In this document: positions 44,812 to 54,153 of the stretch, piece after piece
Position numbering within the stretch: position 1 is the stretch's first letter
Layout: every line of letters begins with the position of its first letter
DNA from: an uncultured Gammaproteobacteria bacterium
GTDB taxonomy: Bacteria; Pseudomonadota; Gammaproteobacteria; JACCXJ01
DNA: 64,000 nt
Direction: 5' to 3'
NCBI GenBank assembly: GCA_963764725.1
Contig: CAVXTM010000002.1
Location: 32,001-96,000 of the forward strand
The notes under the pieces: model-generated
The model's database searches: none
Seen by the model: the letters and a program-made list of their open reading frames with translations, nothing else
Told to the model about the DNA's origin: nothing
Position numbers and translations under genes: made by a program

Positions 44812-44872
44812 TGCCCATTCGCTCCACTCGGACGCGGCAAAAAGCGCCGCACCGGTGAGCTCATCGTTATAC
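44812..44872 (+). mobile_element. Degenerate attC-like integron cassette recombination site
   Basis: ...TTCGCTCCACTCGGACGCGGC-AAAAAGC-GCCGCACCGGTGAGCTCATCGTTATAC: imperfect hairpin with extrahelical bases ending in GTT; the R'' AAC box is eroded. Confidence 0.6.
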
Positions 44873-44895
44873 AGAATGTCTTCGACAAATCTGCA

Positions 44896-45062
44896 AGTCC
44901 CTTCTCCCTCCGGGAGAAGGTTAGGATGAGGGGAATAAAATCAAATACATGCGTCGATTATTCTGATCCCCTCACCCCAACCCTCTCCCTGTGGGAGAGG
45001 GAGACAGTGTGCCTCTCCCGGAGGGACAGGGAACTCGGAGAGGTACCTCGAATTTCAAATAT
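44896..45062. repeat. REP-like paired palindromic element, second copy
   Basis: CCCTTCTCCC..GGGAGAAGGTTAGGATGAGGG...CCCCTCACCCCAACCCTCTCCC..GGGAGAGGG...ATTTCAAATAT. Confidence 0.8.
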
Positions 45063-45080
45063 GCTTGGCTAGGCTTAGAC

Positions 45081-46052
45081 ATGAGCAAACCAAAAGTCAT
45101 TGTGACGCGCCGCTGGCCAGCGGAGGTCGAGGCACGGCTCCAGCAGCTTTACGACGTCCAATTGAATACCGACGATAGGCCCATGACGGTTGCCGAGCTT
45201 CAAGACGCGCTGCGCGTCGCGGACGCGCTCCTGCCGACGGTGTCGGACAAGATCACAGCCGCCGTGCTAAGCGCCGAGCCGCAAAAAACGAAGATTCTCG
45301 GTAACTTCGGCGTCGGTTTTAACCATATCGATATCGCGGCCGCCAAGGGGCGGGGTCTGGTGGTGACGAACACGCCGGAGGTGCTGACCGATTGCACCGC
45401 CGATCTCGCGATGACCTTGCTCTGCATGGTCGCGCGCCGTGCCGGAGAGGGCGAGCGCCACGTGCGGACGAAAGCCTGGACCGGCTGGCGGCCGACACAC
45501 ATGATCGCGACTAAAATCACCGGGAAGACACTCGGCTTGGTCGGGTTCGGCCGCATTGCGCAGGCGGTCGCCGCGCGCGCGCATCACGGTTTCGGGATGA
45601 AGATCCTTTTCCATGATCCCTACCCGCCGCCCAAGGAGGCTTCGGATGCGGTAAAGGCGACTCAATGCGATACGGTCGAGGAGGTCCTCGCACAGGCGGA
45701 TTTCGTCTCGCTTCATTGTCCGGGTGGACAGGAGACACGTCACCTCATCAATGCCGAGCGCTTGAAACGGATGAAACCCACGGCGTTCTTGATCAATACC
45801 GCGCGCGGTGATGTGGTCGACGAACAGGCGTTGGCCGCGGGGCTTAAGAGCGGGACCATCGCCGGGGCCGGTCTCGATGTATACGAAAGCGAACCGCGCG
45901 TCACCGAAGAATTACTCACCATGGAAAACGTCGTCCTGCTGCCGCACCTCGGGAGTGCGACCCGTGAGACCCGGGTCGCGATGGGAATGCGGGTGCTGGA
46001 AAACGTCGAGGCGTTCTTTGCCGGGAAACCACCGCGTGACCGCGTGGTGTGA
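45081..46052 (+). CDS. D-glycerate dehydrogenase / hydroxypyruvate reductase (GyaR/GhrB type)
   Basis: NFGVGFNHID, NTP.VLT..TAD, G.GRI.QAVA, INTARG.VVD, GLDVYE.EP, PHLGSAT. Confidence 0.9.
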   Translation: MSKPKVIVTRRWPAEVEARLQQLYDVQLNTDDRPMTVAELQDALRVADALLPTVSDKITAAVLSAEPQKTKILGNFGVGFNHIDIAAAKGRGLVVTNTPEVLTDCTADLAMTLLCMVARRAGEGERHVRTKAWTGWRPTHMIATKITGKTLGLVGFGRIAQAVAARAHHGFGMKILFHDPYPPPKEASDAVKATQCDTVEEVLAQADFVSLHCPGGQETRHLINAERLKRMKPTAFLINTARGDVVDEQALAAGLKSGTIAGAGLDVYESEPRVTEELLTMENVVLLPHLGSATRETRVAMGMRVLENVEAFFAGKPPRDRVV

Positions 46053-48796
46053 GCGAGAAACAGCGCCCGGCGCGTAAGGCCAATACGACCGGCGAGGGGA
46101 CAGGGGCCGCCTACGCCCAAGACCTCCTCGATCTTCTTTTCAACCTGCTGTGCGAGGTCGTGCGTACGCACCACCCGGAGGTGGAAGCCGTGTTGCGAGG
46201 GCGCGCGGCGCTACTGCATAGCGCGCCCGAGCTTCTGCTGCGAACGCTACAGGCATGGGGGATCTGGTTCCAACTCGTCACGCTCGTGGAACAGAACGCC
46301 ACGATGCGCCGCTTGCGTCAGACCGAGGCCGAGCGCGGGGCGGAGCATGTTCCGGGTACCTTCGCGTTTGTCCTCGCCGAAGCACAACGCGCCGGGATCG
46401 CGCCGGGTGTCATTCAGAGGGTCTTGGAGCGGGCGCGTATTCAGCCCGTGCTCACCGCCCATCCCACGGAGGCGAAAAGGGTCACCGTGCTCGAGATCCA
46501 TCGGCGGATTTATCTCTTGCTGGTGGAGTTGGAAACGCCGCGCTGGACCCCTCGGGAGCGCGAGAATCGGATCGAAAAACTGCGCAACGAAATCGAGCTT
46601 CTCTGGTTGACCGGCGAGCTGCGGCTCGAAAAGCCGACGGTGGATCAGGAAGTCGCGTGGGGCTTGCACTTCTTCAATGAGGTATTGTTCGAGCGCGTGC
46701 CGGAGCTGATGGAGAAACTCGATCGCGCGCTCGATCAACACTACCGAGGCGCGGGTTTGACGCTCCCAGCGTTTCTTAAATTCGGATCGTGGATCGGGGG
46801 TGACCGCGACGGCAATCCCTTCGTCACCAACGAAGTGACGCGCGATACCTTGCTCAGAAACCGCCGGGCGACTCTCCACCGCTACCGGAGCCGTTTGAGT
46901 CACCTGGCGCGGGTCCTGAGCATCGCCGCTCATGCAGTCAAGGTTCCGCCCTATTTCGAAGCCGCCTTGACGACGATGTTGGCGCAGTTTGAAGACCAAA
47001 CCGTCATTACGCGGCGTAATCCGGGCGAGGTATTCCGGCAATTCGCCGCCTGCATGCTGCGTAAGCTAGAAGGCACGCATGCGGCGCCCAGCGCCGGGAA
47101 CACTGATCCTTGTTACGGCAGCGCGGACGAGCTCATCGACGATATCAACACAGTGGAACGCGCGCTCGTGGATGCTCATTGCGAGAGCTTGGCGAAGAGC
47201 CTCGTGCGTCCGCTCAGGCGGGAGGTCGAGGTGTTTCGGTTCCGGACGGTGCGTTTGGATCTGCGCGAGAACTCAACGGTGACCACAAAGACCCTGTCAG
47301 CGCTGTGGCAAGCTCGGCACGGCGGCGCCGAGTCGCCCGAGATCGGGTCGGCGCCCTGGAATCAGTGGCTTCACGATGAGCTGGCCCGGCCGCTCGACCA
47401 TCCGGTCCAGTTCCAAGGGCTCGATGAACAAGCCGTAGCGACCCTCGGCATGTTGCGGATGGTGCCGTTGATGCGGCGGCAAGTGGATCGCGAGGCTTTC
47501 GGTCATATGATCTTAAGCATGACGCGCTCGGTGGCGGATATCCTGGGCGTGTATCTGCTTGCGAAATACGCAGGATTGTTTGCCGATCCCGAGGGCGTGG
47601 AGCACTGCACGCTGCCCATCGTGCCCTTGTTCGAGACCATCGAGGATCTCAAGCGCGCGCCAGGGATCATGAAAGAGTTGCTGGCGGCGCCGGTGGTACG
47701 GCGCTCGGTCCGGGCTCAGGGCGGGGTGCAAGAGGTGATGATCGGGTATTCCGATTCCAATAAGGACGGCGGTTTTTTCACCTCCAACTGGGAGCTGAGC
47801 CGGGCCCAATCGCGGCTGACCCGTGTCGGCGCCGAGGCGGGGATCGCGATCTCGTTCTTTCATGGCCGTGGTGGTTCGGTGAGCCGGGGGGGTGTCCCGA
47901 CCGGACATGCCATCGCGGCGCAACCGCCCGGCTCCATCGACGGACGCATGCGGATGACCGAACAGGGTGAGGTGGTTTCCTTCAAGTACGCGAACCGCGG
48001 CACGGCCTTATATCAAATGGAGTTGCTCGCATCGAGCGTCCTGGAACATACGCTGAAATCCGAGCACGAGCGGGAACTGCAACCCGATGCCGAGGCCGAT
48101 GAAGCCATGGAGGCGCTGTCCGGGGCCGCCTACGCCGCCTACCGGCGCCTGGCCGAGCATCCGGGTCTCGTGGACTACTACCAGGCCGCAAGCCCGGTCG
48201 ATGAGTTAGTGCTCCTGAACATCGGCTCGCGTCCCGCGCGGCGCTTCGGCGCCAAGACCTTGAATGATCTGCGCGCCATTCCGTGGGTATTCGCGTGGAC
48301 GCAGAATCGCCATATGATCCCCGGATGGTACGGGGTCGGAAGCGGCATCAAGAATTTTCTCGAGGTGCGAGGCGCCGAAGGCAAAACGCTTCTCAAACGC
48401 ATGTTCCATCACTCACGTTTGTTCCGGCTCATCATCGACGAGGTTGAAAAGACTCTCCCGCAAGTGAGCTTGACCATCGCCCGTGAATACGCCGAGCTGG
48501 TCCCGAGCGCAGAGGTGCGCGAGGAGATCTATGCCATGGTCAAGGAGGAATACGAGCGTACTGTCGCGATGGTGCATCGCGTGAGCGGCGCGCGGGATCT
48601 CTGCGTCCGCTTTCCCCGCTTTCGCCGGCGGCTCGCGCGAAGGCTCACGATCATCGACCAGGTCGGCCACGAACAAGTGCGGTTGATTCAGCGGTTCCGC
48701 GGCGCCAAGAAATCCGAGAGAGAGCGCCGCCGGGAGCTTGTGCCCTTGTTGCTTTCGATCAACTGCATCGCCTCGGGCCTCGGCTGGACGGGTTAG
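46049..48796 (+). CDS. ppc: Phosphoenolpyruvate carboxylase
   Basis: VLTAHPTE, WIGGDRDGNP, VMIGYSDSNKDGG, FHGRGGSVSRGG, LRAIPWVFAWTQNR. Confidence 0.97.
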   Translation: MSEKQRPARKANTTGEGTGAAYAQDLLDLLFNLLCEVVRTHHPEVEAVLRGRAALLHSAPELLLRTLQAWGIWFQLVTLVEQNATMRRLRQTEAERGAEHVPGTFAFVLAEAQRAGIAPGVIQRVLERARIQPVLTAHPTEAKRVTVLEIHRRIYLLLVELETPRWTPRERENRIEKLRNEIELLWLTGELRLEKPTVDQEVAWGLHFFNEVLFERVPELMEKLDRALDQHYRGAGLTLPAFLKFGSWIGGDRDGNPFVTNEVTRDTLLRNRRATLHRYRSRLSHLARVLSIAAHAVKVPPYFEAALTTMLAQFEDQTVITRRNPGEVFRQFAACMLRKLEGTHAAPSAGNTDPCYGSADELIDDINTVERALVDAHCESLAKSLVRPLRREVEVFRFRTVRLDLRENSTVTTKTLSALWQARHGGAESPEIGSAPWNQWLHDELARPLDHPVQFQGLDEQAVATLGMLRMVPLMRRQVDREAFGHMILSMTRSVADILGVYLLAKYAGLFADPEGVEHCTLPIVPLFETIEDLKRAPGIMKELLAAPVVRRSVRAQGGVQEVMIGYSDSNKDGGFFTSNWELSRAQSRLTRVGAEAGIAISFFHGRGGSVSRGGVPTGHAIAAQPPGSIDGRMRMTEQGEVVSFKYANRGTALYQMELLASSVLEHTLKSEHERELQPDAEADEAMEALSGAAYAAYRRLAEHPGLVDYYQAASPVDELVLLNIGSRPARRFGAKTLNDLRAIPWVFAWTQNRHMIPGWYGVGSGIKNFLEVRGAEGKTLLKRMFHHSRLFRLIIDEVEKTLPQVSLTIAREYAELVPSAEVREEIYAMVKEEYERTVAMVHRVSGARDLCVRFPRFRRRLARRLTIIDQVGHEQVRLIQRFRGAKKSERERRRELVPLLLSINCIASGLGWTG

Positions 48797-48891
48797 CTGA
48801 ATGTGAAAACGCAGGGTACGCATGCGGCCTGGTGTAAGATATTGGCTAGTAACGACCGCGCGGGGGCCGCGGTGAAATCTCCGTCAACTGA

Positions 48892-51189
48892 GTGCTTGGA
48901 AGGGGGCGTGGCAGTGTGAAGGCGGATCAAGCGGATCGAGTGAAGCAGACGGCCCTCGAGTGGCTATCCGTTTTGGCGGGTACGGATCTATTTTCTGATC
49001 TATCGCCATCGGACCTGGAGCTGGTCGCCGGGGAGATGGAGCTTATCTCCTTGTCTCAGGGTCAGTTTCTCATTCGCCAGGAGGATCCCGGCGATAGCCT
49101 TTACGTGATTCTCGAAGGTCAATTCCTGGTTACCCGGAGAAACGATCGGGGCGAGGAGGTTCCTCTCAATCGTGTCGGCACGGGCGCCTCTGTCGGCGAG
49201 ATCGCGCTGGTGACCGGCGAGCGGCGGAGCGCATCGGTTCGTGCCGACTGCGATTCGATCGTTGCTAGGCTCGGCAAGGACGCCCTCGAGCACGTATGCC
49301 GGAGGGCTCCGCAAGTAGCGGCCAGGCTGGCGCGGATCATCGTCGAGCGCTTGCAAAGGGCGGAGCTGCGAAGCTTGCTTTTCTTCGGCGATCAGTTCAA
49401 GGGCATGAGCCAAGCCGTGCTCAAGGATCTGGAAGCGGAGATGGAATTGATGCTTTGTCCGAGCGGCACCTGCCTCATACGCGAGGGAGACGATTGCGAT
49501 GGCAGCTACATCGTCGTGAGCGGCCGCTTGCGTGTTACCCACCAACATGCGGGCGGCGAGCCGCGCGTTGCCACCGAGCTCGGGCGTGGCCAGACGGTCG
49601 GCGAGATAGGGATGCTGACGGGAGGCAAGCGCACGGCGACCGTATGCGCTATTCGTGACACCCTGATGGCCAAGCTATCGGTCGAAGCCTTCGAGGGTCT
49701 ACTACGGAAACATCCTCACGCATTGGTCAAACACTTCGCCGGCGCCGTGATCAACCGGCTTTGGACGCAAACCTTAGGGAAAGCGCGGGACAAGAACAGC
49801 GTGGTCACTATCGCGCTCATCCCGGTCGGCAAGAATGTTCCACTCACGGATTTCAGTCGCTTGTTGGCCGAAGCTCTGTCGGGGCACGGGCCGACCTTGC
49901 TCTTGAACAGCGGCTTGCTCGGTGAGTATCTAAGCTCGAAGGAAATCGCCCATACGCCGCTGGATGATCCGGATAATCTTAGCATAGCCAGCTGGCTAAA
50001 CCATCAGGAGTCCGCGTACCGTTATATTCTCTATCAGACCGATAGCGCACCCTCTGAATGGACCAAGCGCTGCTTGCGTCAAGCCGATCGCGTGCTGCTC
50101 GTGGCCGATGCCGCCTCCTCAGCGCGCAAGGGGGAAATCGAAGAGACTCTCTTGAGCGATCCCCGCTACCGGCCATTACCCAAGAGTCTCGTGATCTTGC
50201 ACCAGGGAAACGTTGCCTGTGAGCGGACCGAGGCCTGGCTGCGCGAAAGAGAGGCGCGTTACCACTACCATGTCTGCCCGTCCGACGCGCACGATATGGC
50301 GCGCTTGGGGCGGCTTGCGAGCGGCAATGGCGTGGGCCTGGTATTGAGCGGCGGCGGAGCGCGTGGGTTCGCTCACATCGGTGCTATCCGCGCGCTTAGG
50401 GAAGCAGGGATCCCCGTCGACAAGGTGGGCGGCAGCAGCATCGGTTCCATCGTGGCCGGCATGACGGCATTGCGCTGGGACCACCGGACGATGATCGATC
50501 AGGCGTGCGCGTTCAATTACCGCATGGACTACACCTATCCCGCGGTGGCCTTGACCACCGGAAACAACATCACCCGCCAGCTAAAGAAGGAGTTCGGCGA
50601 GCAGAAGATCGAGGATCTTTGGATCAGTTTCTTTTGCGTGAGCACCGATTTGAACGCCTCCCGGCAAGCAGTCCACGATCGAGGCCTGCTGTGGAAATAC
50701 GTGCGCGCAAGCATGTCGGTCCCCGGCCTGTTCCCGCCGGTCATCGAAGGGAACCGTTTTCTCGTCGACGGGGCAGTTTTCAACAACATGCCTGTCGATG
50801 TGATGCGCAGCCAGGACGATATCGGCCCCCTGATCGCTTTCGATGTCGGCGCTCCGGTGCGGCTCGAAACAGAAACCCGAATCGAGGGAAGCTTTTCGGG
50901 TTGGCAGGCGTTGACGCGCATGCTCAACCCGGCCGCGCGATCCCTCGGCCTGCCGAGCCTGACCAAAACGCTGATGGCGTCGTGGTTGATCAAGAGCGAT
51001 GAAGCGAAGGAGACCATGCAGAACCTGGCGGACTTCTACCTGCGGTTTCCCGTGCAAGAGTTCGGGTTGCTCGATTTTAGTCGAGTCAAGGAGCTCGCGG
51101 AATGGGGATATGCTTACACGTCCGAGAAACTGGCCGAATGGGACAGGGACTCGGCGGGTCTTCCAAGACTGCATAGCAAAGATGAATGA
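48892..51189 (+). CDS. Two cNMP-binding domains plus patatin-like phospholipase (NTE family)
   Basis: VGEIAL...RRSASV and VGEIGML...RTATV; GGGARG, GSSIG (GxSxG), DGA; start uncertain. Confidence 0.92.
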   Translation: MLGRGRGSVKADQADRVKQTALEWLSVLAGTDLFSDLSPSDLELVAGEMELISLSQGQFLIRQEDPGDSLYVILEGQFLVTRRNDRGEEVPLNRVGTGASVGEIALVTGERRSASVRADCDSIVARLGKDALEHVCRRAPQVAARLARIIVERLQRAELRSLLFFGDQFKGMSQAVLKDLEAEMELMLCPSGTCLIREGDDCDGSYIVVSGRLRVTHQHAGGEPRVATELGRGQTVGEIGMLTGGKRTATVCAIRDTLMAKLSVEAFEGLLRKHPHALVKHFAGAVINRLWTQTLGKARDKNSVVTIALIPVGKNVPLTDFSRLLAEALSGHGPTLLLNSGLLGEYLSSKEIAHTPLDDPDNLSIASWLNHQESAYRYILYQTDSAPSEWTKRCLRQADRVLLVADAASSARKGEIEETLLSDPRYRPLPKSLVILHQGNVACERTEAWLREREARYHYHVCPSDAHDMARLGRLASGNGVGLVLSGGGARGFAHIGAIRALREAGIPVDKVGGSSIGSIVAGMTALRWDHRTMIDQACAFNYRMDYTYPAVALTTGNNITRQLKKEFGEQKIEDLWISFFCVSTDLNASRQAVHDRGLLWKYVRASMSVPGLFPPVIEGNRFLVDGAVFNNMPVDVMRSQDDIGPLIAFDVGAPVRLETETRIEGSFSGWQALTRMLNPAARSLGLPSLTKTLMASWLIKSDEAKETMQNLADFYLRFPVQEFGLLDFSRVKELAEWGYAYTSEKLAEWDRDSAGLPRLHSKDE

Positions 51190-51249
51190 CGGGCTATTCG
51201 CACCGCCACCTAAGTGGGTATCCATATAGTCCTGTCTACAGTCCCGCAC

Positions 51250-53217
51250 CTACCTCGAACCAAGCATCGTGTCATTCCGGATCTTCGTGGTCAGGACGAC
51301 CAACAGATTTGCAAGCAGATTGGGAGACTTCCCGAGAAGGTCCAGGAATACGCGGCGTTCGATCACGAACAATCGGCACGCTTCGGTGGTCGTGGCAGTG
51401 GCTAATCGTGGCCCGCCATCGATAAGCGCAAGCTCGCCCACAGCGTCGCCCGCCTGCCGGATGCCGATCTCGGCGGCATGGCCGGTCCCGTCTTTAACGC
51501 GCAAAGAAACCTTGCCTTCCAAGATGCAGTAGAGCGCGTCCCCCGGATCGCCCTCGCGGAATAGCTCGGCCCCGGCGGGCACCGGGCGCTCCTCCCCGAT
51601 CTCGGCGAGCCTCTCAAACGCTTGTTCGTTGAGGTCGCGGAACAGCGGAACGCTGTGATGCAGCCTGGCGGTTAACCGGGGATGGTAGCTTCGATGCCGG
51701 CCGGTGGGCGCCACGCCCCCCAGCAGAGGCCTGCGTTCGAGCAGCGTCAGGAGATCAGGTGCTTCGGCGCGCATGGCTCGACGAAAGATCCCATGCATCC
51801 AGATCAAGCAGGTGGCCGAAATCACAGTGAGCACTAACCAACAGCTCGCCCAGACACCCGTCCAATCGAGCAGATAGGCAAACGCCATGGGTAGGACGAA
51901 GCCACCCAGGGCGCCGATCAGCCCCACCATGCCGCCGACCGTCCCGACGGCGCTGGGAAATTGCTCCGGAATCATTCGGTAGTCACTGCCCTCGCCGACG
52001 CCCGTCGCGAGACCGAAAATGCATACCAGCAGGGTGAAGATCCAGAGGTTCGCCGGATAGTAGATATTCGTCACGCCGCGCGCCAAGAGTGTATTTTTCT
52101 GCACCGATTCGCCGATCTGGACGACCGACTCCTGCCAGGTCATCTTTTGCACCCATAACATGCTACCGTCGTCGCTATCAGCGAGACTCCGCGCGGGCGG
52201 GGGGAGTAGCGCGTAGGTTTTCTCGCCCACCACTATGCGGTCCTTCGCGACCGAGGTAATCGTTCCGGCTTCGGTAGCGGTGACACCCGGGCCGGGCAGG
52301 CGGCTATCCATTTTGGGGATAGCGAGGAACAGGCAGACAATGGCACAGGTCCAAAACACCCAATTCATGACCGTCCGGGCTCCGCAACGGTCCGACAGCC
52401 AGCCGCCCGCGACGGAAATGATCCCCGAGGGCAGGCTGAATGCGGCTGCGAGCAGGCCGGCTTGGGCGAGGGATAGCTCGTAAACATTGACGGCGTAGGG
52501 AACGAGCCACTGCGCGAGCGCGACGAAGGACCCGGCAACCAAAAAGAAATAGAATCCAATGCGCCAGACCACGATGTCCCGAAGGGGCGCAAATAGCTCC
52601 GGTAACGAGCGCGCGCTAACGTTCGGGGAAACACGGGGCGGAGCGGCGAGATAAAAGAACGCCGCTGATAGGAGCAATAAGCCCGCGTAGATGCGTGGGA
52701 GCAAACGCCAACCATCGAGGTCCGATCCGTGGCTGGTGACCCACTGCAGGAGTTGCGGGGCGAGTACCGTTGTCGCGGCGGCGCCAGCGCTTCCGATGCC
52801 GAAGATCCCGAGCGCGGTGCCCTGCGAGCCCTTTGGAAACCACGCCGATACGTAAGCGAAACCGGCCGCGAAGCTGCCGCCCGCGAAACCGAATGCGAGG
52901 CTCAGCAGAAAAAACTCGGCGAACGAGTCCGCGAGGGAGAGGAAGTACAAGGGCACGGAAACGCCAGCCATGAGGAGCGCGAAAACGCCGCGGCCGCCGT
53001 AACGATCCGCCAGCATACCGAGGGGCACGCGGCTCAAGGCGCCCGTGAGGATAGGCGCGGCAAACAGCCAGCCGATCTCGGTCTTACTGAAGCGAAAAAT
53101 CCCCGCGCTCACGAGATGGGTCACGAGCACCGAGTTGATTACCCAGGCCGCGAAACAAACCCCAAACGCGATCGTGCTGGCGCTCAGCGCGGTCAGGGCG
53201 GCGCGGCGATCAGTCAT
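51250..53217 (-). CDS. NarK/NNP-like MFS transporter fused to a C-terminal cNMP-binding domain
   Basis: PILTGALSRVPLG...DRYGGR, GGSFA.G..YVS.WFP..QG.ALG, VG..GALGGF; C-terminal FREGD.GD..Y...GELALIDG.PR.A. Confidence 0.88.
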   Translation of the reverse strand: MTDRRAALTALSASTIAFGVCFAAWVINSVLVTHLVSAGIFRFSKTEIGWLFAAPILTGALSRVPLGMLADRYGGRGVFALLMAGVSVPLYFLSLADSFAEFFLLSLAFGFAGGSFAAGFAYVSAWFPKGSQGTALGIFGIGSAGAAATTVLAPQLLQWVTSHGSDLDGWRLLPRIYAGLLLLSAAFFYLAAPPRVSPNVSARSLPELFAPLRDIVVWRIGFYFFLVAGSFVALAQWLVPYAVNVYELSLAQAGLLAAAFSLPSGIISVAGGWLSDRCGARTVMNWVFWTCAIVCLFLAIPKMDSRLPGPGVTATEAGTITSVAKDRIVVGEKTYALLPPPARSLADSDDGSMLWVQKMTWQESVVQIGESVQKNTLLARGVTNIYYPANLWIFTLLVCIFGLATGVGEGSDYRMIPEQFPSAVGTVGGMVGLIGALGGFVLPMAFAYLLDWTGVWASCWLVLTVISATCLIWMHGIFRRAMRAEAPDLLTLLERRPLLGGVAPTGRHRSYHPRLTARLHHSVPLFRDLNEQAFERLAEIGEERPVPAGAELFREGDPGDALYCILEGKVSLRVKDGTGHAAEIGIRQAGDAVGELALIDGGPRLATATTTEACRLFVIERRVFLDLLGKSPNLLANLLVVLTTKIRNDTMLGSR

Positions 53218-53517
53218 TACCGCGCCGACGAATGTCCTCTGCCCATGAGTGCATCGTAAGCAATGATTCTTCGGGGCTCAACCCCAGGCGTGTCCGCGCC
53301 GGGCAGCGCCCGCATGCGACATTGATCTCAGCGGGTTGTTCTAGCGGGGCGCTACGCCGCATGGGTGGATTCGGCCGGCAGTCATGCAGCGGCTCGCCCA
53401 CAAGGGGCTTCCACCCGAGCTGACACACCCTGTCTCGGCGAGTCAATGCGATAACCTGCGGGGCCTCTTTTCTGGTATAGTGAAACGCTATCTTTCAACG
53501 AACCACAATGGGGGATA

Positions 53518-54153
53518 ATGATGGCCACAAGTCAAAAATCAGGACCGAACCCCGATCTTCAGGGGACTAAAGTAGCGGCCGCAAGCCTCGCAGGCGGAGC
53601 CCTGCCCGGCGTCGATGCCGTTGGCGTCGATAAGATCCGGGACCTCTTGTTTGGCAACCAGATGCAGGATTACGACCGCCGTTTTGTCACCTTGGAAGAA
53701 CGGTTCCTGCAGAAGTTTAGGGAGATTGAGTCGGAGATCACCCGCGGCTTGAGCACCCTGGAGACTTCGATGAAGAAGCAACTCGAATCCACAGCGACGC
53801 AACTGCGCGAAGAAAAGGACCTGCGAACGGATGCCGATAGGGACCTTGAGCGGAGTCTCAGAGACCATACCCAAGCGTTGGACAAGCGCCTTGGACAGCT
53901 TTCCGATCACCTGGCGCGCGTCGAACGCGAGGTCACGGAAAGGCTGAGCAAGGAATCGCAAGATCTCCGGGACGAGCTAAAGACCAAGAGCGAGGAGTTG
54001 CGCCTTACGGCCGCCAAGATGTTTGCCGAGCTCGGCAACGTTAAGACCGATCGCAACCTACTCGCCGGCCTATTCATCGAAGTGGCGAAATGTCTGAATC
54101 AGGATTTTGGCCCCAAGCTCCTTGCCAAGGGCGGGGACGGTGAGCATTCCTGA
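53518..54153 (+). CDS. Coiled-coil protein, first gene of the GTPase/OmpA operon
   Basis: VDKIRDLLFGNQM.DY..RF..LE, long heptad region, KTDR..LA.LF.EVA. Confidence 0.8.
   Translation: MMATSQKSGPNPDLQGTKVAAASLAGGALPGVDAVGVDKIRDLLFGNQMQDYDRRFVTLEERFLQKFREIESEITRGLSTLETSMKKQLESTATQLREEKDLRTDADRDLERSLRDHTQALDKRLGQLSDHLARVEREVTERLSKESQDLRDELKTKSEELRLTAAKMFAELGNVKTDRNLLAGLFIEVAKCLNQDFGPKLLAKGGDGEHS

Noticed and set aside
44991-45080. N-terminal extensions of the dehydrogenase (from 44991) and metZ (from 38420)
   Set aside because: The extensions run through repeat elements; homology and, for metZ, the SD support starts at 45081 and 38459
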